A stretch of 64,000 bases of DNA, from positions 44,208,001 to 44,272,000 of the forward strand of contig OZ249436.1 of the NCBI GenBank assembly GCA_965235115.1, in the 5' to 3' direction. The translations under genes and the position numbers were made by a program. Source of the stretch: Laetmonice hystrix. Taxonomy: Eukaryota. The number at the start of each line of letters is the position of its first letter. The stretch's first letter is position 1. A model generated the notes under the pieces. It saw only the letters and a list, made by a program, of their open reading frames with translations. It searched no databases and had not been told where the DNA came from. Shown here piece by piece: positions 63,235 to 64,000 of the stretch.

Positions 63235-64000
63235 CCTCGCGAGGAGACTGGGATGACTGAGCCTATCGGTAGCCTTTCATGCATATATGAACACCAATAA
63301 CGATAATTAAACCTTTTCGGGATGTTGTCCTATGCATAGCTTCACACTTTCTTGGCCATAGAAAAATGTCTAAAGTAGGCCTAATCATCAACTAAGTTTT
63401 ATTTAAAATACTGCCGCCTGGCGGAGGCTATAATCGAAGGGAGCGCTGTGATTGGCCCAAACATGGACGCAAACGTCGATGGTAGTTCCGTATGCTCCGT
63501 ATCCTCCGTATTCCCACAACATAATATTTTCCTTTTACAATACAAGTGTTAAATGTTCTTGCTTTTCTGGGTGTAGACAGTGTCAGCGGTCCCGTCGCCA
63601 TGCTACTGTCTGGTGATGCATGGCCATGTTGCCCACGCTCCAAGCAAAGATCGTTCACTCCCTCCTGACGCTGACCAACGGAACGGAAGCGGAAGTTCGC
63701 TGACTGTGAAAGTTTGAGCAACTTCCTTCCGCTTGTCGTATTTCTGACAGGTGAAATTAGCCATCGCCTGTCGTAAACAGCGGACGCGTCTATTAGGCAA
63801 GAGACCAGTCTATCAATTTAAACTCATTTCGGTCAGCGCGACGTTCTCCGTAAAGAACGGTATCTTTACGTTCGTGCCGCGATGCGCGTTGCTTGCTAAA
63901 ACTCCCTTTTACGTGTTCCATTGACGTTTTATGAGAGACCTATGGACAAAAGGGCGTTCGAGAACCTTCGGGAACACAAGCAATGTATTCGTTACGGAAA

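Overview
Intron-rich, repeat-rich animal genomic DNA, probably a marine invertebrate (inferred from gene content and repeat types). Host genes: the 5' part of an ABCA-subfamily lipid transporter (minus strand, at least 7 coding exons, running off the left edge); a complete 6-exon dynactin p25 gene (DCTN5, +); a tandemly amplified tRNA-Asp(GTC)/tRNA-Cys(GCA) cluster; a 12-exon calpain (+) with an atypical catalytic site (RDPYG instead of RNPWG) and no penta-EF domain; and the first coding exon of an opsin-like class A GPCR (+). Between them lie four LINE copies, a tRNA-derived SINE with TSD, many MITEs and many minisatellites. The most striking item is an apparently intact, full-length CR1/L2-group LINE (about 49786-55221) whose ORF1 fuses the usual coiled-coil/RRM module to a complete C-terminal NADAR (YbiA-like) domain, i.e. 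a retrotransposon carrying a putative ADP-ribosyl/N-glycosidase enzyme. All calls were made by eye; no searches or folding programs were run.
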